Shown here in pieces: positions 48,309 through 57,663 of a stretch of 59,165 nt of DNA. The position numbers and the translations under genes were made by a program. The stretch covers positions 1 to 59,165 of the forward strand of contig DASQWX010000010.1 of the NCBI GenBank assembly GCA_035640035.1. The letters are read 5' to 3'. The first letter of the stretch is position 1, and every line of letters begins with the position of its first letter. The stretch is from Gaiellaceae bacterium. GTDB lineage: Bacteria; Actinomycetota; Thermoleophilia; Gaiellales; Gaiellaceae. The notes under the pieces are model-generated. The model was not told the origin of the DNA. It was given only the letters and a program-made list of their open reading frames with translations, and made no database searches.

Positions 48309-49626
48309 CACCGCCGAAGAAATGGTGGCGGGCGGGCCAGACGCGGACCGCGAAGCCCGCGCGCTCGAGGGCGGCGAGCGCCGAGTCGGAGAACCCGGGC
48401 TCGACCTGAACGCGTGCGCCGGCGGCGTGGAGCCGAGGCCGTCCGACCGCCTCCTCCGCCGGGAGGCCCTCGTCGAGCACGCCGGCCGTCACCTGGACGA
48501 GTGCCCCCCGGAGGCGCGTTCCTCCCGCGGCGCCGATCGCGAGCACGAGGCTCCCGTCGCGGAGAGCGACGCTCGGAGCCATCATGCTCCCCATGCGGTC
48601 ACCTGGCTCGAGCACGCCGCGGACGAGGTCGGTTTCGCCGAGCATGCTGTTCAGGTGGGCGTCGAGACCAGCGAGGAAGTCGCCGGAGCCGAGGCCGAGG
48701 CTCGTGGTCAGGACGCACGCGTTGCCGTCGTGGTCGACAACGGTGATGTTCGTCGTGTCACCGCCGCCATCAGCGCCGTTCTCGCTCAGCAGCCGGGCAA
48801 GGGCGAGCGCGCGGTCGGGCTCGTCGAGGCCGGCGAGCCGTGGTATCCGCGGTAGCACCTCGGGCAAGCCCGAGAGGTCGCCCCGCGTATAGAACGTCCA
48901 ATCGCGGTAGTCGGCCTCGACCGGCTCGCCCCAGGTGGCGCGATACGAGCGGAGATCGTCCGCCGTGACGAGGCCGCCGCGCTCCGCCATCAGGGTGAGC
49001 ATCGACTCGGCGATCGAGCCCGTGTACGCGGAGACGGCACCTTCGGCCGCGAGGAGCTCGAACGCCCGTACCAGGCCCGGCTGTTCGAGCCGGTCGCCGG
49101 CCGCCAGCAGGCTCCCCCCGGGAGCGTAGATCCGCGCACCTTCATTCATCGTCATCACGGGAGCGAGCATCGCCAGGCAGGAGGCGTGAGCCGGCGGCAT
49201 CTCGACGCCCGAGCGGGCGAGGCGCAGGGCGGGCTCGACGAGACGCGGCCACTCGATGCGCCCATGGCGACGCCAAAGCTCGTCGAGGCCGGCCGGCACG
49301 CCCGGAACGCCGCAGGAGGCGATTCCGACGGCGTAGTGGACGAGCTCCGCGCCGAAGGGAACGTCGAGCTCGAGCAATTCCACCTCGCGGCGCTCGGCGC
49401 CGAGGCCCGGCACGGCCACGAAGCAATCGAGATTCTGAGCGCGCGCGCTCTCGGCCTCGTAGTAGATCGCATGCCCGCCACCGAGCAGGCCCGTCATCAC
49501 TGTCTCGGCGACGCACGAGGCGAGCGACGCGGCCACCGCTGCGTCGGCGGCGCTTCCGCCCGCCTCCAAGATCTCGACCCCGGCTGCGACCGTGGCAGGG
49601 TGGCCGGCAGCGATTGCCGCCTTCAT
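48223..49626 (-). CDS. ggt: Gamma-glutamyltranspeptidase
   Basis: 467 aa starting at ATG 49626 ([30 protein letters not shown]...). Autoprocessing and catalytic region GGDTTNITVVD; C-terminal GAAGDPRRSGAA. The upstream 309 codons of the track's ORF are a shadow. Confidence 0.9.
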   Translation of the reverse strand: MKAAIAAGHPATVAAGVEILEAGGSAADAAVAASLASCVAETVMTGLLGGGHAIYYEAESARAQNLDCFVAVPGLGAERREVELLELDVPFGAELVHYAVGIASCGVPGVPAGLDELWRRHGRIEWPRLVEPALRLARSGVEMPPAHASCLAMLAPVMTMNEGARIYAPGGSLLAAGDRLEQPGLVRAFELLAAEGAVSAYTGSIAESMLTLMAERGGLVTADDLRSYRATWGEPVEADYRDWTFYTRGDLSGLPEVLPRIPRLAGLDEPDRALALARLLSENGADGGGDTTNITVVDHDGNACVLTTSLGLGSGDFLAGLDAHLNSMLGETDLVRGVLEPGDRMGSMMAPSVALRDGSLVLAIGAAGGTRLRGALVQVTAGVLDEGLPAEEAVGRPRLHAAGARVQVEPGFSDSALAALERAGFAVRVWPARHHFFGGVSLVTPNDAAGDPRRSGAASRVPLPTTS

Positions 49627-50876
49627 TCGACGCGCTGTGCCAGGACGTACGTCCGGACGAGCCCGTCGCGTGGGAAGTCGAAGCGGTCGCCCTTCCACTC
49701 GCCCGTCGTCACCTCGAACTCGCGCTCGCCGACAGGACGAGCAGTCATGGGCGGGAAGACGAGCTCCTCGTTCGTGAACGGGTTGACCTCGGCGTAGCGG
49801 AGCGCGAGCTGGCCGTCGGCACGCGAGATGTTGATCCGGATTCCCTGGCCCTCGTAGCGGCCCGCGAAGCGGTCGAGTGCGTCCTGCGGAAGATGCGCCG
49901 TCGGGGGAGGGAGGCGCCCGAGACCGATCTGCTCGAGCACGTCCCGGATCGCGGCCATGCCCCGGCTCGAGTTCGTCAGCGCGGCGAAGGCGATCCGCTC
50001 CTCCGGCACGAGCATCAGCGACGATTGGAACCCGGCTGCGGAGCCCGGATGCTCGACCGTCCGCGATGGCCGGCCGTCGAGCAGGAACCAGCCGAGACCG
50101 TACGCCCCTCCCGGAAGGGGCACGAGCGGCCGCCGCAGCTCGGCGATGGACTCCGGCGTCAGCGGGCCAGGACCGCCCAGATGGTGCTCGCCGAAGCGGA
50201 GCAGGTCGCCGACGGTCGACCAAAGCCCGCCGGACGGTCGCCGCACGCGCGGGTATGTCCCGCCCGCGGCCTCGTGCTCGTCGCTTCCCGGCTCGACCTG
50301 GTCGTGGCCGCGGGCGGCGCCACCCGTCTCGAACGCCGTTGCCTCGAGACCGAGCGGGTCGAGCACGCGGGCGTGCATCGCCGCCTCGAAGGTCGTTCCG
50401 GCCGCGCGCGCCGCGGCGGCGCCGACGAGCCAATAGCCCGTGTTGCAGTAGGAGAAGAGCTCGCCTGGACCCACGGGAAGAAACTCCGGCTCCCGCGCGG
50501 CGAGCCGCAGCAGCGCCTCGTCGTCGTTCGCGTCGTCGAGGTCGACCGGCCACTCGATGGCCAGTCCGCCGACGTGGCTCAGGAGCTGTCGGACCGTCGC
50601 CGTCGTCTGCGTCCCCGGCGGCGGCTCGTCGAGCGCGAGCAGCCCGTCCTGGACGAGCGTCATCGCCAGCGTCGCAGTGAACGGCTTCGTGATCGACGCG
50701 ATCCGAAAGACCGTGTCCGCCGACACGGTCGCATCACCATCCAGGTCGCGCACGCCGTCGGCGGCGGAGACGACCGCGCCGTCGGCGACGATCGCGACGG
50801 CGATCCCGGGGATGTTCCAGCGCCGGCGAGCGGCCACGACGCAATCAGCCAGTTGTTCCGGCGAGACCCGCTCCAT
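49623..50876 (-). CDS. Serine hydrolase, beta-lactamase/PBP4-like (class C fold)
   Basis: SxxK motif [19 protein letters not shown] (YxN). The stop overlaps the ggt start (ATGA). Confidence 0.85.
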   Translation of the reverse strand: MERVSPEQLADCVVAARRRWNIPGIAVAIVADGAVVSAADGVRDLDGDATVSADTVFRIASITKPFTATLAMTLVQDGLLALDEPPPGTQTTATVRQLLSHVGGLAIEWPVDLDDANDDEALLRLAAREPEFLPVGPGELFSYCNTGYWLVGAAAARAAGTTFEAAMHARVLDPLGLEATAFETGGAARGHDQVEPGSDEHEAAGGTYPRVRRPSGGLWSTVGDLLRFGEHHLGGPGPLTPESIAELRRPLVPLPGGAYGLGWFLLDGRPSRTVEHPGSAAGFQSSLMLVPEERIAFAALTNSSRGMAAIRDVLEQIGLGRLPPPTAHLPQDALDRFAGRYEGQGIRINISRADGQLALRYAEVNPFTNEELVFPPMTARPVGEREFEVTTGEWKGDRFDFPRDGLVRTYVLAQRVE

Positions 50877-50976
50877 CAGGCGGCTGCTACCCTACTGCGA
50901 GACCGCGGCCTCGGCCGTGCGCGTTCCTTGGCGCGCCGAGCTGAGACCGCGGAGACGCATATCTAGGAGGAAATCA

Positions 50977-51246
50977 ATGCCTCTCACCAAGGAAGCGAAG
51001 CAGGAGATCATCGGCCAGCACGGCCGCAGCGACGGCGATACGGGATCCCCCCAGGTGCAGGTAGCGCTCTTGACGCGGCGCATCAACCAGCTCACCGAGC
51101 ATCTGCGGGCTCACCCAAAGGACCACTATTCGCGGCGCGGCCTACTGAAGCTCGTCGGACGCCGGCGGAGGCTCCTGCAGTACCTGCAAAAGCGCGACCT
51201 GGAGGGGTATCGCGCGCTGATTCAGGAGCTCGGGCTCCGGAGGTAA
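50977..51246 (+). CDS. rpsO: 30S ribosomal protein S15
   Basis: [15 protein letters not shown]...[47 protein letters not shown] lies 6 nt upstream of the ATG. Confidence 0.95.
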   Translation: MPLTKEAKQEIIGQHGRSDGDTGSPQVQVALLTRRINQLTEHLRAHPKDHYSRRGLLKLVGRRRRLLQYLQKRDLEGYRALIQELGLRR

Positions 51247-51260
51247 CGAACAACATCAGC

Positions 51261-51362
51261 GAGGGTGGAAGTTTGAGCGAACAGCCCACGGCTCCTGGGA
51301 TGACCTCCCGGCGAGCCGGGGGATGTTGACTCAAACCTCCACCTTCCAAAGAGAAGTGGAGG
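51261..51362 (+). promoter_or_regulatory. Structured rpsO-pnp intergenic leader (PNPase autoregulatory, RNase III-type long stem; possibly the Actino-pnp motif)
   Basis: Long stem GAGGGTGGAAGTTTGAG (51261-51277) pairs with CTCAAACCTCCACCTTC (51330-51346), with 1 mismatch and 1 G-U. An alternative hairpin pairs CCTCCAC (51336-51342) with GTGGAGG (51356-51362), and the latter is the pnp SD. Confidence 0.6.
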
Positions 51363-51366
51363 ACAA

Positions 51367-53850
51367 ATGAGCATTGCGACGCAGGGCCCGACCACACTCA
51401 CGGTGGAGGTCGCGGGCCGTGAAATCACATTCGAGACTGGCAAGCTCGCGAAGCAGGCCGACGGCGCTGTCGTCGTCCGCGAGGGCGACACGATGGTTCT
51501 CGCAACCGCCCAGGGCAGGACCGAAGCGCGCGAGGGCGCGGACTTCTTCCCGCTGACGGTCGACGTCGAGGAGCGGATGTACGCCGCGGGCAAGATCCCC
51601 GGCGGCTTTTTCAAGCGCGAGGGTCGCCCGACAGAGAACGCGATCCTGACCGCCCGCATGATCGACCGCCCGATCCGGCCGCTCTGGCCGAAGGGCTTCC
51701 GAAACGAGGTCCACATCGTCGCGACGACGCTTTCGGCCGACCTCGTCTCGGCGCACGACATCCTCGCGATCAACGGCGCCTCCGCTGCACTGATGATCTC
51801 GCCGCTGCCGTTCCTGGGGCCGGTCGGGGCGGTGCGGATGGGCCTGATCGACGGCGAGCTCATCGTCAACCCGACTCTCGCGGAAGTCGAACAGGGCACG
51901 AGCGAGCTGGACCTGGTCGTCGTCGGCACGAAGGACGCGCTGACGATGGTCGAGGCGGGCGCGCACGAGATCCCCGAGGAGCTCCTGCTGCAGGCCCTCG
52001 ACCGGGCCCACGCGGAGATCAGAAGGATCTGCGATGTCCAGGAGGAGCTCCAGCGCCGCGTCGGCAAGGCGAAGTGGATCGACAACGAGCTGACGCTTGA
52101 GCTCGAACGCGACCACGCGGACCGGATCAGGCAGCGAATCCAGGCCGAGGGCTTGCGCGAGGGAGCGGCGGCCGTCGAGGAGACCGTCGAGGAGATCTGC
52201 CCGCCCGTGTCGATGGACTCGACGGAGGAGGAGATCATCAGGCGGATGCAGATCCGGTCGAGCTTCGCGATGATCCTCGAGCGCACCCGTCTCGCGGCCG
52301 TCGAGCAGCCCGTGCGCGAGCAGTTCGAGAACGACCTGCGGGCGCTGACAGAGGCCGAGCAGGATCCCAAGGAGCTCAAGTCGGCCAAGCGCCACCTCCT
52401 CTTCGGCCGGATCGAAGAGCAGGTGCAGCTGCCGTTCCCGGGTGCGCCCGTGGCCACCGAGGCGAGCGACGAGCCGGCGGCGAAGGACTCGATCACACGC
52501 CAGTACGTCAAGAAGGCCGGGGAGGCGATTTACAAGGAGCTCGTGCGGCGCAAGATCGCTGTCGAGAAGCGCCGCCCCGACGGACGGGGATCGGAAGACA
52601 TCCGCGCGATCAGCTGCGAGGTCGGCGTCGCGCCGAGACCGCACGGGTCGGCACTCTTCACGCGCGGCCAGACCCAGATCATGACCCTGCTCACGCTTGG
52701 GACGGCCAAGGAAGGCCAGCGGATCGACGACCTGTCGCTCGAGGAAGAGCGGCGGTACATGCACCACTACAACTTCCCGCCGTACTCGGTCGGCGAGACC
52801 GGGTTCATGCGCGGGCCGAAGCGGCGCGACATCGGCCACGGCGCGCTCGCGCAGCGGGCGCTCGAGCCGATGATCCCACCGCTCGAGGAGTTCCCCTACA
52901 CGATCCGGCTCGTCTCCGAGACGCTGGAGTCGAACGGCTCGTCCTCGATGGGCTCGGTCTGCGGCTCGACGCTTGCGCTGATGGACGCCGGCGTGCCGAT
53001 CAAGGCGCCGGTCTCGGGCATCGCGATGGGCCTCGTCAAGGAAGGCGAGGACTACACGATCCTGACCGACATCCAGGGAGCCGAAGACCACCTCGGCGAC
53101 ATGGACTTCAAGGTCGCCGGCACGCGCGACGGGATCACGGCGCTTCAGATGGACATCAAGATCACGGGCGTGACGCAGGAGATCCTCCGAAGCGCGCTCG
53201 AGCAGGCGAAGCGGGCGCGGGAGTTCATCCTCGACCGGATGCTGGAGGCGATCCCCGCCCCGAGGACGGAGCTCGCGGGACACGCGCCGCGGATCTCGTC
53301 CGTGCAGATCGATCCCGAGAAGATCGGGATGGTGATCGGGAAGGGCGGCGAGACGATCCGTGCGCTCGAGTCCGACTACGAGGTCCAGATCGACATCGAG
53401 GAGGACGGCAATGTCCTCATCTACGCGACGGAGGGCGACAAGGCCGAGGCGGCGATCAACGCGATCAAGGGCTTGACCAAGGAGCCGGAGGTCGGCGACG
53501 AGTACACCGGCAAGGTCGTCAAGACGACGCAGTTCGGCGCCTTCGTCGAGCTGACGAAGGGCACCGATGGTCTCCTGCACGTGTCGAACGTCGGCCCCGG
53601 CCGCGTCGGCCACATCGAGGACGTGATGACGCGCGGCGACGTCGTCGACGTCAAGGTGCAGGAGGTCGACAAGGAACGGGGCCGGATCGGCCTGAAGCTG
53701 ATCGCCAAGCACGAGAACGGCACCAAGGTCCAGCCCGAGGAGCTGATCGAGCGCGCGAAGAACGCGCCCCCGCGAGAACGGGAGGAAGAGCGCCCACGCG
53801 GCCGCGATCGCGGCCGTGGCGGCCGCGGGCGCGACCGGGAACGGCGCTAG
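51367..53850 (+). CDS. pnp: Polyribonucleotide nucleotidyltransferase (PNPase) with an Arg/Gly/Glu-rich C-terminal tail
   Basis: 827 aa: two RNase PH domains, KH (IGMVIGKGGETIRALE), S1 (GKVVKTTQFGAFVEL), and the tail ...REREEERPRGRDRGRGGRGRDRERR. Confidence 0.95.
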   Translation: MSIATQGPTTLTVEVAGREITFETGKLAKQADGAVVVREGDTMVLATAQGRTEAREGADFFPLTVDVEERMYAAGKIPGGFFKREGRPTENAILTARMIDRPIRPLWPKGFRNEVHIVATTLSADLVSAHDILAINGASAALMISPLPFLGPVGAVRMGLIDGELIVNPTLAEVEQGTSELDLVVVGTKDALTMVEAGAHEIPEELLLQALDRAHAEIRRICDVQEELQRRVGKAKWIDNELTLELERDHADRIRQRIQAEGLREGAAAVEETVEEICPPVSMDSTEEEIIRRMQIRSSFAMILERTRLAAVEQPVREQFENDLRALTEAEQDPKELKSAKRHLLFGRIEEQVQLPFPGAPVATEASDEPAAKDSITRQYVKKAGEAIYKELVRRKIAVEKRRPDGRGSEDIRAISCEVGVAPRPHGSALFTRGQTQIMTLLTLGTAKEGQRIDDLSLEEERRYMHHYNFPPYSVGETGFMRGPKRRDIGHGALAQRALEPMIPPLEEFPYTIRLVSETLESNGSSSMGSVCGSTLALMDAGVPIKAPVSGIAMGLVKEGEDYTILTDIQGAEDHLGDMDFKVAGTRDGITALQMDIKITGVTQEILRSALEQAKRAREFILDRMLEAIPAPRTELAGHAPRISSVQIDPEKIGMVIGKGGETIRALESDYEVQIDIEEDGNVLIYATEGDKAEAAINAIKGLTKEPEVGDEYTGKVVKTTQFGAFVELTKGTDGLLHVSNVGPGRVGHIEDVMTRGDVVDVKVQEVDKERGRIGLKLIAKHENGTKVQPEELIERAKNAPPREREEERPRGRDRGRGGRGRDRERR

Positions 53851-53863
53851 GCAGGTGTAAGCC

Positions 53864-53889
53864 GCGGCGTGTCCCTGGAGACACGCCGC
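53864..53889 (+). terminator. Hairpin downstream of pnp
   Basis: GCGGCGTGTC-CCTGGA-GACACGCCGC, a 10-bp stem with no U-tract. Confidence 0.45.
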
Positions 53890-53954
53890 AGGCCGGCCCT
53901 CGCGCCCGACGTGTCAACGCTGTCCCGCGCGCGACCGGGCTTGGCTGGGCAGAT

Positions 53955-54611
53955 CTAGACGAACACTTCGAGCGGCTCTTCAAGGCCGTGGCCGCTCACG
54001 TCGCGCTCTTCGCGGAGCACGAGCGCAACCGCCTGTGCGCGGCTTCGAACTTCGAGCTTGCCGAGGATCCGCTGGATGTGCGTCGCGACCGTCTTCGGGC
54101 TGATCACGAGCTGAACGGCGATCGCCTCCTGCGTGAGGCCGTCGGCAAGCAGTTCGAGTACCTCTCGCTCTCGGTGCGTTAGCGACTCGAGCTTCCCATT
54201 CGAGCTGGGGGCGGCCCCGTTCGTCCGCGGCGGGCGATCGACGAGCCGTCTGACGCGCGCAAGCAGCTCGCCTGGATCGACCGGCTTGACGACGTAGTCG
54301 TCCGCGCCGAGCAGGAGCCCTCCGCTCCGATCGAGCGGATCCGTCCGTTCGCCCGAGACGAAGACGATCGCGATCGAGTCCCCGTACCGCTCACGAAGCT
54401 CGCGGCAGATCTCGTAGCCGTTCAGGTCCGGCAGGTGAACGTCGAGCAAGATGGCCGCCGGACGCTCGGCGCTGACCGCCGCGAGAACGGCCGCGCCGCT
54501 CGCAACCTGCCTCGTCTCGTATCCGACGCTTTCGAGGAGCTCCCCGGCGAAGGACCGGAAGGCCTCGTCGTCGTCGACGAGGAGTATTCCCCCGTCCGCA
54601 CCGTTTTTCAT
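53955..54611 (-). CDS. Response regulator, receiver + LuxR/NarL-type HTH (no kinase nearby)
   Basis: ILLVDDDEAFRSF...ILLDVHLPDLNGYE...DYVVKP; HTH LTHREREVLELLADGLTQEAIA.QLVISPKTVATHIQRILGKL. Confidence 0.9.
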   Translation of the reverse strand: MKNGADGGILLVDDDEAFRSFAGELLESVGYETRQVASGAAVLAAVSAERPAAILLDVHLPDLNGYEICRELRERYGDSIAIVFVSGERTDPLDRSGGLLLGADDYVVKPVDPGELLARVRRLVDRPPRTNGAAPSSNGKLESLTHREREVLELLADGLTQEAIAVQLVISPKTVATHIQRILGKLEVRSRAQAVALVLREERDVSGHGLEEPLEVFV

Positions 54612-54756
54612 GGCCGCTCCCTACCTCTAGTAGCTGACTTCTAACGCAATTTCCGTACTAGTTCAAGCGCGCCTTACCGCCGTCATACAACCGACTCCGT
54701 AGGACAAAGATCCGGCAATTCACGACTATGAGCCAGGATCGGCCAGTCCTAAGCTC

Positions 54757-54775
54757 CTGTGGATTGCTCTGTGGA
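54757..54775. promoter_or_regulatory. Direct heptamer repeat in the divergent regulator/surface-protein intergenic region
   Basis: CTGTGGA (54757-54763) and CTGTGGA (54769-54775), 12-nt period, within a 295-nt AT-richer spacer. Confidence 0.3.
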
Positions 54776-54906
54776 CAGCGCGTAGTCCCAGAGCCGGAAC
54801 CTGCGGTCTACCGGGAGGGGAAGCCCATGGAGGAACGGATCCGCTGCTCCACGTGTCGCGAGCTAGCGGGTGGGTGTCATTGCAATCTGCGGAGGAGGTT
54901 CATGTA

Positions 54907-56784
54907 ATGGCAGAACGCATTTTGGGGCCGACAGGTAGCCGGCGCAGACGCCGGTTCCTTTTCGCTCCCATGTTGGTTGCCGCTTTGCTCGTCGCCGTCT
55001 TCTTCGTCGGAAGCTCGGGTGCGGTCGTGAGTGGCAGCCCGAGCAATTTCGAGTCGAGTGACGGCAACATGACGAACGACACCGGCACGGCTTCCGTGAA
55101 GTCGACAGACTGGAACTGTTTCGTCAACCAGGGCGGTTTCGCGAACAGCCCGCCGGTCAACAGCTCGAGCAATTGCGCAGTGACCACGGGCGCCACTCAG
55201 GTCACGGCGGATGCGAACGGCGAGATCTCATGGGTGCCGGGGCAGAAATTCGACACGCTGTGCCCAGCGCTCTCGGTCAACAACAACCCGCCGAAGGACG
55301 AGTTCACGAACGTCGCCGCGTTCAGCGACACGGCGGCCAACCTCGACGAGTACTTCTACGGGGCGACGATCCGGCCGAACGTAAACGGCAACACGAGCGG
55401 TGATGTCGAGCTCAATCAGAGCTCAGGGAATGGCACGACGTCAGCCGGTTGTCGGACGGCGGGCGACCGACTGATCGCGTATGACTTCCTGAACGGAGGT
55501 ACGAACCTCGACTTCCACGTGCTGACCTGGATCGACAGCACGAATTCGACTGCCGGTGGCAACAACGGCACGTGCCTCGTGGCGAAGAAAATGCCGTGCT
55601 GGGGTGCGAACGTGATCATCCCCGATTCCTCGGCATTCGACGGTGAGGCAAACCAGTCGCCGATCACCGCCGCGAACAACGGGATGAACAACACCGCGCT
55701 GCCGGCCCAGGCATTCGCAGAGTTCGGTATCAACCTCAGCCTGGCGCTCAACCTCCGCGGGAAGTGCATCTCCTTCCCGCAGCAGGTCTGGGAGTCGCGA
55801 TCCTCCGGCTCGAGCTTCACCTCCAACCCGCAGGACATCGAGATCTCGAATACGCAGATCCAGAACTGCGGAACGATCACGATCATCAAGCGCACTGATC
55901 CGCGTGGTCTCAACCAGTCGTTCAACTTCCACCAGGACGTCACCAACGCCGGTGACTTCACGCTGAACGACAACGGCAACTCGAGCAGTGACAGCACCGC
56001 GAACACGAAGACGTTCAGCAACGTGCTCACCGGGACGTACCACGTCTCCGAGGACGCCCTGCCGGGTGGATTCGGGTTCGAGAGCGTCAACTGCACCGCG
56101 AGCACCGGATCCTCAACGTCGAACGGAACCGACGACGCGACTCACATAGGGTCGAAGACCCTGAATCTCGCGGGTGGCGGCTCGATCACGTGCGTGTACG
56201 TGAACAAGCAACAGCTCGGTGCGATCAAGATCGTGAAGACGTCCAGCAAGGCGGCTCACACGCCGCTAAACGGGGCGCATTTCCAGATCTGCTCGAACGA
56301 CGGCCCGTACAACACCGGGCCGAATCACGATCAAAACCCGTGCAGCCCAGTAAAGACGGGCTCGGGTGACCTCGTGACGAGCGGCACTGGTGCGAGCGCT
56401 GGTACGGCTTGTATCGACAACTTGGCGTTCGGGAGTAACTATTACGTGTCGGAGAAGTCGCCACCGACTGGCTACTCGGACGACTCCGGGGGGGCCACGA
56501 CCCAGGTCACGGTCAACGTGAACACGACGTGTGCGGGGAGCCCGCAGACCTTCACCTACCGCGACACGCCGTTGACGAATCTCTCGGCGCACGTTGAGAG
56601 TCAGGTGTCCGGCGGTACGAACAGCAGGATCTCCTGCGTCAATAGCAGCAACAACGCTGCCATTGGCAACTCACCACAGCCTGCGGACCTGCTCGGTCAG
56701 CCACAGTTCGGCGATCCCGAGACGGTTACGGCGAACGGGCTCTCACCGGGTACCTACACCTGCACGGTGGTGATCGATCCGTAG
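54907..56784 (+). CDS. Large secreted N/S/T-rich protein: Tat-like signal, unassigned ~330-aa N-domain, prealbumin/SpaA-like beta-sandwich repeats, no LPXTG
   Basis: ATG 54907 lies 8 nt after GGAGGAGG. Signal GSRRRRRFLFAPMLVAALLVAVFFVG. Modules CGTITIIKRTDP...GTYHVSEDALPGGFGFESVNC and GAIKIVKTSS...GSNYYVSEKSPPTGYS. Ends ...TYTCTVVIDP. Confidence 0.75.
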   Translation: MAERILGPTGSRRRRRFLFAPMLVAALLVAVFFVGSSGAVVSGSPSNFESSDGNMTNDTGTASVKSTDWNCFVNQGGFANSPPVNSSSNCAVTTGATQVTADANGEISWVPGQKFDTLCPALSVNNNPPKDEFTNVAAFSDTAANLDEYFYGATIRPNVNGNTSGDVELNQSSGNGTTSAGCRTAGDRLIAYDFLNGGTNLDFHVLTWIDSTNSTAGGNNGTCLVAKKMPCWGANVIIPDSSAFDGEANQSPITAANNGMNNTALPAQAFAEFGINLSLALNLRGKCISFPQQVWESRSSGSSFTSNPQDIEISNTQIQNCGTITIIKRTDPRGLNQSFNFHQDVTNAGDFTLNDNGNSSSDSTANTKTFSNVLTGTYHVSEDALPGGFGFESVNCTASTGSSTSNGTDDATHIGSKTLNLAGGGSITCVYVNKQQLGAIKIVKTSSKAAHTPLNGAHFQICSNDGPYNTGPNHDQNPCSPVKTGSGDLVTSGTGASAGTACIDNLAFGSNYYVSEKSPPTGYSDDSGGATTQVTVNVNTTCAGSPQTFTYRDTPLTNLSAHVESQVSGGTNSRISCVNSSNNAAIGNSPQPADLLGQPQFGDPETVTANGLSPGTYTCTVVIDP

Positions 56785-56813
56785 AGAGCAACGACAAAGA
56801 AAGTGACGAAAGG

Positions 56814-56837
56814 GAGGGGCGGCACGAGCCGCCCCTC
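56814..56837. terminator. Bidirectional terminator hairpin between convergent genes
   Basis: GAGGGGCGGC-ACGA-GCCGCCCCTC, a 10-bp GC stem with pyrimidine/T-rich flanks on both strands (TCGCTTTCT and, on the other strand, CCTTTCGTCACTTTCTTTG). Confidence 0.6.
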
Positions 56838-56844
56838 TCGCTTT

Positions 56845-57495
56845 CTACGGAGAGAGGTTCTGCTGGGTCGTCGGGCAGTAGTTCTGCTGGAAGACCACGT
56901 CCGTCATTTGAGCTCTCGTCGTCCAGGTCGCGTTGCTCAGCTGGCCGGAGAGCGTCATCTGCCAGGTGCCGCCCGGCAATGGATCGGTGCCGGTGTCGTC
57001 CGAGACGAAATAGCGTGGCACGTAGCAGACGGCGTAGTGATAGGTCGTCACCCCCTTGGAGGTGGTCTGGCCCATGAGTTCCGCATGGTGGACGGCTCCG
57101 TCGGGCGCCGTTATCGAGAGGTCGGAAAGCTGCCCGACTGCGTATACATCGCTTTCGAGGCCGATTCCACCGGCCGTAAACCCGTCCGTGTTGAGGCCGC
57201 ACGTCTGGTAACTCGTGGAAGAACTGCCGTTGAGCGAGCCGGTGAAGACTCGCTGGTCGTAGTCGTCCTCGCTGAGGCACCACGACGGCAAGGTCGGATT
57301 CAGCTTCACGGTGTTCGAGCTGAGCGTGAGCGTGCCCCACGTCCCCGTCGACGTGGAGCTGCCAGTGTTCTTACCACCGCCACCGTTTCGGGTGCCTCCC
57401 CTGTCCGCCAGGGCAAGGGGCACGACCGCGAACAACATGATCGCCACTGCGGCACAGAAGACGAGACGGGGAGCCTGCCTTTGGTCGGTCTCCAT
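56845..57495 (-). CDS. Secreted hypothetical protein (signal peptide, Gly-rich linker, 4 Cys)
   Basis: 216 aa. AGGAGG lies 5 nt before the ATG. Sequence: ...LVFCAAVAIMLFAVVPLALADRGGTRNGGGGKNTGSSTSTG.... No family recognised. Confidence 0.65.
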   Translation of the reverse strand: METDQRQAPRLVFCAAVAIMLFAVVPLALADRGGTRNGGGGKNTGSSTSTGTWGTLTLSSNTVKLNPTLPSWCLSEDDYDQRVFTGSLNGSSSTSYQTCGLNTDGFTAGGIGLESDVYAVGQLSDLSITAPDGAVHHAELMGQTTSKGVTTYHYAVCYVPRYFVSDDTGTDPLPGGTWQMTLSGQLSNATWTTRAQMTDVVFQQNYCPTTQQNLSP

Positions 57496-57620
57496 ACAGA
57501 CCTCCTGTCAAGGCGCGACCGCAGGAGGCGCCATTTTTCTTTGGCTACCGACGAGTGATCGTCACCCGTGGAGGCTGGTACTCACCCTCGAACGGGTGAA
57601 GGAGGGCAAGGAGACAGCGT

Positions 57621-57653
57621 GCGCGGAGGGCGTGCCGGGCACGCCCTCCGCGC
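57621..57653 (-). terminator. 15-bp GC hairpin directly after the 140-aa gene
   Basis: GCGCGGAGGGCGTGC-CGG-GCACGCCCTCCGCGC, 10 nt downstream of the stop at 57664. Confidence 0.5.
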
Positions 57654-57663
57654 GTCAGCTCAC

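Noticed and set aside
49627-50553. Upstream 309 codons of the 776-aa ORF containing ggt
   Set aside because: The sequence is Arg-rich nonsense overlapping the serine hydrolase gene in another frame. GGT homology begins at [10 protein letters not shown] (ATG 49626), which overlaps the hydrolase stop as ATGA.
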